A stretch of 55,609 bases of DNA, filler included, from Circinaria calcarea (taxonomy: Eukaryota): NCBI GenBank assembly GCA_051942165.1. It is 2 parts of 2 records of this genome, joined end to end, with 100 filler letters (N's around TTAATTAATTAA, not from the genome) between each part and the next. Parts side by side here need not be neighbours in the genome. Positions count along the whole stretch, not along the records: positions 27,867 to 55,609 come from JAVECS010000063.1; 1 more part is not named here. One strand, given 5' to 3'. Both the position numbers and the translations under genes were made by a program. How positions within the stretch are numbered: position 1 is the stretch's first letter; each line of letters opens with the position of its first letter. This document shows, piece after piece, positions 47,988 to 55,609 of the stretch. The notes under the pieces were generated by a model, which saw only the letters and a program-made list of their open reading frames with translations, did not search any database and had not been told where the DNA came from.

Positions 47988-50425
47988 TTAGTAGGAATCT
48001 GGAAATCTGAGATACAACTTGGAGAACAAGGGAAAGGTTGGGTTTGACGGTGGGTATTGGGCAAAACGGCGCGTTCATTCATTTGTATATACCTTATTAA
48101 TGCATGCGGGAGCGGAAAAGGGCAGATTTCTGATAAGGGCTGAGATCTTGGAGATGATTTTGATGGTCGATTTTCTCTGGGCCCGGGTACCGTGTGGTAA
48201 AGCTTGGATATGTATATAGAATCTTTGTTCTTATTTGCAGCTCCTAACTACCAAGACGACGAGGATTCATGTAAACCAAACAGTTCAGTCCTCATTCGAT
48301 GCTCCAAAACTATTCAATCCGAGCATCCAAGATATTTGTTATAAACACCACTTTATCTACTGATACTCTGTACCCAAATCTCAACTAGCTCTAGCGCCGG
48401 AACATCATCCACCCGCTCGTCCGGCGGCCACACAGCTCCAAAACCCATTCACCACTCCTTCTGCTCTTCTCTTCAAGCACCGTTCCCCACCACCGCTGCG
48501 TTTCTTTGCTCACGAAAAGATATCTGTCTCCCCGACAAATATCTCCCTTCCACAGGGTCACACAGACTGCAAATGAGAAATTCGGAGTAATCTCCACTAC
48601 CCTTCACTCGAACCATTTTCCTACTTCGGTAGCTTTTGGTTTCGTTGTGGAACAGCCCGTGAAGGCCTGACACGACAAGTGTCTGCAATTGGCATCAGAA
48701 AAGCAGGGGCCTCCACCTGCCCTTCTGTTTCCGTGCTTCCTTCGGGAGGTGCGGGGATTGGGAGGGTTAGGGAGGGGGATTTCCTATGGAAGGGCCGTTG
48801 CGGAGAGGGTTGTGCGCCGAATCTCGAAAGGGAGGAGGTGTGGCACTTTAGTGCAATACGCAGCGCGTTTCCTGTCTGTTCCTCGACTCTTCTCTGGGGG
48901 GAAGAGGGCGGGCAGGGGCGCAATTCGATTCCGATTACTCTGGTGGGGAGCGGTGCTTCAACATTCTTCACTTGCAGGTGCGTGAGATATACCCTTAGAT
49001 TTGTGATAAAAAAAAGAACACGCAAAGGGATGCTGCTAATTGACTGGGTGCTTAGGAGATACCATGGCAACGAGATTTCAGGAGAAGTAAAGATGGTTGG
49101 ACGCTGGAGGATGGAATGTGTAATACTGGGGTTTGGAGTGGGATTGAAGAGGCAATACCGGAGATGCTCAATTATGTAGCGTTGTTCTTTCGGTTCTGGA
49201 TTATGGGTATGGTTGAGCTCAAAGGTCCGGATCAATGTTACGAAGGTCCAAGACCGCTACCAGCTACTTCCGTTGTCGCGGTGGACTCTTCGTTGATCAC
49301 TTCATCATTGGTGTCGTACCCAGGAGTTGGTTAGGTACATCAAACCATGTACATCTTGGAATGGACCCCTTTAGTCCTGCTGTCTTAGTTGAGGACGAAG
49401 AATGAAATTCGCTTCATTACCAAAATGTTCCATATTGGGGAAACTAGCTCGTTTCTTGTCGTAGCCCAGATAGATACCCTACCTGCCCCACGGGTTGAGT
49501 GTCCCGTCTATTTCAGTCTCTACTTGAGGTATTTGTCTCAAGGATCATGCAATAGCAACACTACAATTTACACATTGACTCCTCGACTTGATTCGCACTT
49601 TCGGCCATCAATTGACACCTATAAACGTAAGATAACAATTCTATCATTCATTCTCAACAACTGGGAATGTAAGAACCTCCAACGACAGGCTAATCTGAAG
49701 CATACTAATTAAAACCAAACAGAAGTGTCAGTTCTCCACTTTCCTGGGTAAATTTGTAATCGAGTCGATAAGGTTTTTTGTGTTTTGTTTTTTGTTATTT
49801 GTAAAATGCTGGTCTGAGGGCTGCAGCTGCCAGGCTTTCTTTTTCGCCAAACGATTATATGATTAGGAATATGTGGGAGAGCATGTTGTGATGTTAGTAG
49901 GGATTTGGAGGAGGGGAGGAGGGGGGGTGTTTGGAGGCTGGGGCCTACTGTATGGTAGGGAGGAAGAAGGAAGGGAAAGGCCCGACTTATGGTACATATA
50001 TCATCAACGGCACAGTATGGTAGTCCCCGGGTCGTCCAATAAGGCCGCCTCCAACCGCTATGACCATGTTCACCGAAAGAGCAATGATTATAGGGTTAGA
50101 AAATCCGAAAGAGAAAATCCGAGAGAAAAAATATCAATTAAAGTTGAAAGATATGGGTGAATGTCTACTGCATGACCTACTTATTGGTGGGAACCAACTA
50201 TTGCATTGAAGGTTTTCTAAATTAGCTACCGCTTCTGCTGGCAGAGATCTATACTCTTGCCAGTAATACGCTACCATAGGCCCAATTAGGTGTTAGCAAC
50301 CTGGCTATCAAGGAGGAATGCTTCAATCCATACTATACCAACACCATATGGTACGGAGTTTATTGAAATTTCCATCTCATAATTCGATTGTTTTCACAAC
50401 TTTTCTTTCCCTACCATAGCCATGT

Positions 50426-52030
50426 CTAGATTACGGTAAGTAGAGTAGATTGCTCTGGTTCCCCCCCCGGGGAAATATCCCTCCCTACCATAACGTAGTA
50501 ACCCCGCGTCCCGAGCGCCCAAAATCGGATCGAACCCCATCGAGCCCAACAACCCCAAACGTCTATGGTAATTGGAAAGCTTTGATATGGCTATTCACCG
50601 GGCTCAAAAAACCGGGGCCGAAATCGATTAATTCCTTCTCCGCGGCCGCCGCCCCGCACGCAAATGACACCTGATATCTAAAGAACCCTCGAGAACTGGC
50701 CCACCGGCCGGAGGAAAGTGTATATGGCCTATGTATTGGGGCGCCGGAGCATATTCAAAAGGTTAATGTATGTCATGCGCGCCTCGATTGAGATTTCGTT
50801 TTTGTATATGTCAAATGGCCCCCTGCGGCTGACAGGAGTTTTATTCAGGTCGTGCAGGTGCGAGGACGATGCGCTTCGGGGCTCGGGGAATGAATCCAGC
50901 TCCAGCTTCAGCGGAGCGGGCGTCGGGTCATGCCTGCGGTCAAAGGATTCAGGCAGCCAGAGGGAGTTTCCGGCCGAGAGAGAATCAATCGTTTGGAAGG
51001 GTAACCGTAGACCATCAGAAGAGTCTCACGTTCCGGAGCTGTGTGGATTTCCGGAAGCCCCTCGGTCACTTGCACCTTTTCGTTTCCGCCCAATCGCCCC
51101 CCCATATCCCACGACGCTATGCTGTATCCTCGACAGCGTTCACGGCGACCATCTCAGGTTTCTTATTCTCGACTTATCCACTAATTTTCAGGCAATATTA
51201 ACACGCCAAATATAAGTAAGATCTTTAAAACTTAAATACTTACGCTTTTGGCATGAGATTGAAGGAATTTGGATAAATAATGATTTATTCCGTTTATTTC
51301 TTTTTTCACTACCTGCTTGCTGATATCCGTATGTAAATACATATAATAGATATGAATTGAAAATTTATTTTAAAAAGGCCCTTCCCCAAAACGCTCAACG
51401 TATAAGAGACGTAAACCTTCTTGAAGGATAATTTTCAATGTTGAGGTTCTCGTCGCTATATGTCTTATTAGCGGGTAAGCCTAAAAGGTGTTTTACTTTA
51501 GCTTCTTCGCCACCGAGCTATAACTCGTCGGCGAATTTAGAATACGGAGGTTCGGGCTTGACTCTTTTGCCCCGGCGAGAGAAACGGTTGGGGGTGTTTG
51601 GATTGGATACCGTAAGGCATGTAGGTTTTATTGATTTGTATTGCTCTGAGATTCTCCAGTATCGATTCCATGTGAGGCGTTAAGGCCAGTATAGAGAGTA
51701 AAGATTAAATACCAGCAACATGAAAAAGCAGATGCAATTTTCGCTAATTGTAGTAAATATAGGGTTTATTTCAAAACCCATAGCTTGATAGCTGCTTATT
51801 TCCCCCCCCCTTTTCCTTGCTAAGCACTATGCATACCAGGTAGTAGCCCATGGTCGTATGCCTTCGATCCGCATAGTCGCCATGGGGAGGAGGACTTACT
51901 AATTTGAAAATCCAACAAGCTTCCTTATGTTTGGTATCGGGCGTGCAGATTATCATTTTATACATGCTATCTGCAGAACGTATCAACGAAAAATCGCCCA
52001 ACGGCTTGATTTAAAAGGACTTGAGCTTTT
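50426..52030 (-). pseudogene. Probable decayed (RIP-hit) gene or transposon-borne ORF
   Basis: A long minus-strand frame (about 50426-51180) is interrupted only by sparse TGA/TAG (51140, 51026, 50729, 50678). A similar broken frame lies upstream, with AT-rich patches. Confidence 0.3.
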
Positions 52031-52519
52031 CGCCTGCACCATCTTCTTTTTTTCCCTTTTATCAACCGGCTATCTATGTTTTGTTATTCCGCCGATTGAT
52101 TGGCCTGGCCATTGACCGGTATGAGACACCGAGTCAAGTATGGTATTCTCTTATCAGGTCTGTACACCACTACAAGTGTTACCGATTGCCGAGATTCAGA
52201 TCTGAGCCTTGAGATAACAATGCAACCTTGTCCACCCAGCACCAATCGAGGACAACAGAATGTCCATTCAGTGCGGGGCTGTTCCTATTATGATCCATCG
52301 GACTGTCAATGTGAAGGGCAATGGCGAGGGAGTGGAGAGGCACAAAGGGTGGATGTATACCAGTATTATCAAACTCTGGTACACCTAGTTACGTCAATGG
52401 ATATCTGGAATTGAGATACTTGAGTTATAATTCGGTCTCGCAGAGTCTATATGGATGGAAGTACAGCGTACACCTATGTCGATAAGTGTATCTAATTCAA
52501 CTGATCGGGACCCCTGAGT

Positions 52520-53501
52520 TTACACCCACTGCCTATTTCCAAATTGCGAGACGAATGCACCGGCATACCCAGTCTCGATGCTGGCCCTCTCCCAGAGCGA
52601 CCTGATAGTCTGGACGGCTCCTTCTACGGGGATTGGACCCTTGAAGTGAGGCGCGTAGGCTTGAACCCTGCCCACGAATTTCATCAACCCCTCGGTCTGT
52701 TTTGGAGTCACTGTGGGTACACATTAGTAAAATGTCCAGATGTTTCAATCTCGAGGACGGGGGTATGTACGGTCGTCAAAGTGGCCCACTTCCACCACTC
52801 CCGGGCTCATGCTGAAGACGAGCACACCGTATTTCTTATATTGTGCGCTAAACTTGGCCACAATAATGTTCAAGGCCGCCTTGGAGGCAGAGTATAAGGC
52901 AGAATTCTCAACATCGAAATTGTTGATGAAGTCAAGGTCGCCATGACCACTGGTGATGGCGATGACCTTCTTAGTCTCGCCCTTCAATACAAGAGGCATG
53001 AAAAGGTTGAATAAATGGATGTTGCCGGTGACGTTGGTCTTGAATAGCTTGTCTGCAACGTTGTCAAGCTCCTCAGGCTCTTCGCCCCTGCCGGACAAAT
53101 ATCGTTAACCTCAGATAGTAACCAGAGGGAAGTAGACCTACAATTCACCAATAGGGGAATAAGCGTCGAACTGGGAGGGGAAAGCTGCGTTGCCGACAAG
53201 GTAGTCAATGCCACGCTCGCCAACAATCTTAGCAGTGTCGGCAACAGCTTGCTTCAGGCTGGCATAGTTGGTGAGGTCTCCATGGAGGATGTGGACGTTG
53301 GAACGCTTGCCCAGCTCTGTTGCCACCTTCTGTTCAGTGGCAGCCTTGTTGCGGACCAGACCGACGACCAGGTTCTGCGGGTCTTCGGAGATGCTCTTGA
53401 GGAACCCAAACTAGGCCAGATTAGACAGAGGTCACGCGCGACAAGGCAGGCAGACTCACGCCGATTCCGCTGGACACCCCGGTAATTACATACACAGACA
53501 T
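52520..53501 (-). CDS. Classical short-chain dehydrogenase/reductase (SDR)
   Basis: MSVYVITGVSSGIG (TGxxxGxG), GNAA, TNVTG, YSASK and MSPGVV. Three introns. Ends ...FVSQFGNRQWV*. Confidence 0.92.
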
Positions 53502-54520
53502 GTTGAGTGATTCGAACTTGAAAATAGGTGCGAGTTGATGTGGAATGCGATGTGTTGAGCAATTCCAGATTACCAAGTTCAACTAGCTCTTACTATATAG
53601 CACAAAGCATGCACGGGGTGCTTAATAATGAAATGACTTCCTTGATTAGTATTCTTGATTAATAATTCGGATAGTTGCTTTGAAATCTCACTTCACATCA
53701 TACCTGCATCTTTATTGTGCATGGGTTATCGACAGTGGTAACTACCTTACGGAATCTTGAGCTCCTTCTCGGTCCCATCCCGTCCCACGCTATGCAATGG
53801 CCATGCAATGAGAATCCTGCTCTGCTGTGGTGGTTTCTCTGAGCTTTGGGGAATTTTGGTGTATTAGTACCTATTCTACCTGCCCTTGCTGCCTTGGAAT
53901 GTTTGTAAGTAACAAGGTAGCTCAATAAGCGACGGGAAAGCTAATACTCTTTGAACGGACTAACCCATATTGGAACATGCAGGTGTGCAATTACGCGAGG
54001 AATTAGCGCCGCGGAACACGTATAAAAAGCGTTGTTTTCTCCTTTTAGAACCATAGACTTTTCATAGATTCCGAATAAACACGAATTGCATTCAAATCAC
54101 TACGTACGAACTGCCTCACTCACTGCATCGTGCACACGTAATAGAGACGTGAGTCAGTGCCTACTTACTACACTTTACTGCGAGTATTCAGAAACCCGTA
54201 AAGCTCGACAGTATATTATCTTAGTCCGGCGTACTTTTGCTTCGAGCTATCTTCTACATGGCTATCATGTCCACCTAGGTACCACACCTAGCGATCATTC
54301 TTAACTTCTTAGGGCTGTACTGCTGGCAATTTGTCCCTATTCTGCTCGTACCGGTGTGTGATACGCTCGCGCCAAGCGCTAAGTCGAAGAAATGGAATAG
54401 CACAAGGGAACGATTCGATATCGAATAACTTGATTGTGTTAGTTAGTCACAGAAAAGTTTCGTAGGATGGCTTGGTCGAGGATCCTGAGCTGCCATAGCA
54501 TGTGTGGACTTCGGATGAGA

Positions 54521-54642
54521 CTAGCGCCCGCGAGTAATGTAAGCAGTATAGTACAGACATAGCACTGTACTGTTCTTGGCAGTGCAGTACGTGTACTGGA
54601 CTGCCAGTACAGTGCGCACTACCGCATTACTGGCGGCGCTAG
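54521..54642. repeat. Nested imperfect inverted repeat (~120-nt hairpin)
   Basis: Paired segments CTAGCGCC/GGCGCTAG, AGTAATG/CATTACT, GCACTGTACT/AGTACAGTGC, GGCAGT/ACTGCC and CAGTAC/GTACTG are concentric around 54591. Confidence 0.75.
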
Positions 54643-55609
54643 ATCAGACGCGTTGGTATGATCGAGAATCTGGGTAAAATCAATTCCTTATAGATCTTGC
54701 GCAGCAACGTTGTTCAGGATGGCTTTCAGGTCAAACTGGCTTAGCGTTGGCATTTATACGTGCTTTCCGTCTTTGCTTCTTGAGCGCGTTCTTCTCCCCG
54801 TGCCAGTGCACCGTATACGTTCGGATTCTCTTATTTACCAATACACCAAGTATAGTAGCGTACTCTTTCTAATAAGAGCTATCGTTCCCTGCATAGCTTT
54901 TGTGTAGTGAGACTCATCTTAGTTAAGTCGTGTTCCCCACTAAAATAGACAGTTTTACCAGCCTCCTGACTAGTCCCCAAGCTTGGGGCGAAGGGTTTTG
55001 GATAGTCCATTACCACTGGCAAACGATCCAGCATAAGCGCAACGCGGAGGCACAAACACTAACCATAACTGTCACGAACGTGTTAATAATAAACATATCA
55101 AGGACTATAAAGGGTAATTTACCAATGTGCTCCAAAAGACCGCCGCGTACTCTCCACCACGACGGTACGGCTTGATCAATTCAAAGTCGTAGTCGAACTC
55201 CTTTATCATGTGTTGGACAATCTTCGGTAATACCTTTCATCTTTGGCATCCGCATAGACCAACAAATCTATGACGAATAATTAATTCCGCCGCTGGGGCT
55301 TCCCTTTCTTGCAAACTTACATTAGCTTCCTGCCATTATATTCCTGCCTGAACAGCCAGATGTTTTCCTGAAGAGAAACGTTTGATCTGGTTTCTATGGC
55401 GATTGAAAGGAACTCGAAACGGTATTCATAAGATAAATCCCCTCATAGCGAGCAGCAGGTAATGAAAACTAGACACAAAGGAAAATGGCAAAGGATCGAG
55501 ACTCAAACAGCGGACTACCTTGCGTCATATATAGGAGATCCGGAAAACCTAGGGCTTCAACGAACATACAGCCTTCTTGTTGTGATGATTGCATCCTTCG
55601 TCTCGTGGG

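Noticed and set aside
48391..49334. Minus-strand 204-aa and 68-aa ORFs downstream of the glucanase
   Set aside because: No ATG-led coherent gene model or motif. Could be an orphan or pseudogene, but the sequence alone does not support it.

Overview
Gene-dense, intron-containing DNA from a filamentous ascomycete (Pezizomycotina-type GT..CTRAY..YAG introns of about 50-70 nt and RIP-like AT-rich relics). The window consists of two contigs joined by an artificial 100-nt spacer (N44-TTAATTAATTAA-N44, 27767-27866), so adjacency across the gap is not evidence. The left contig has a RIP-eroded repeat and LTR-like element, then FIG4, TTI2, CCA1, U1A/U2B'', VMA8, SYF1, a small conserved protein with an STRE/CreA-rich promoter, GEA2/GBF1, an ANP1-family mannosyltransferase and a truncated MTR3. 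The right contig has a foldback/MITE-like element, then MCR1, urease, an HMG-box gene, a secreted protein with a Cys/Trp C-terminal domain, WC-2/LreB head-to-head with RAD50, a GH5 exo-1,3-beta-glucanase, a probable decayed ORF, an SDR and a ~120-nt hairpin. The most notable signals concern splicing. The RAD50 start codon is split by an intron and requires a 2-nt microexon. VMA8 and U1A/U2B'' contain 7-11 nt microexons. A stop-free in-frame intron sits inside the WC-2 zinc finger. Two small elements are built from oppositely oriented motif arrays. All exon models were derived by eye, and no database searches were run.
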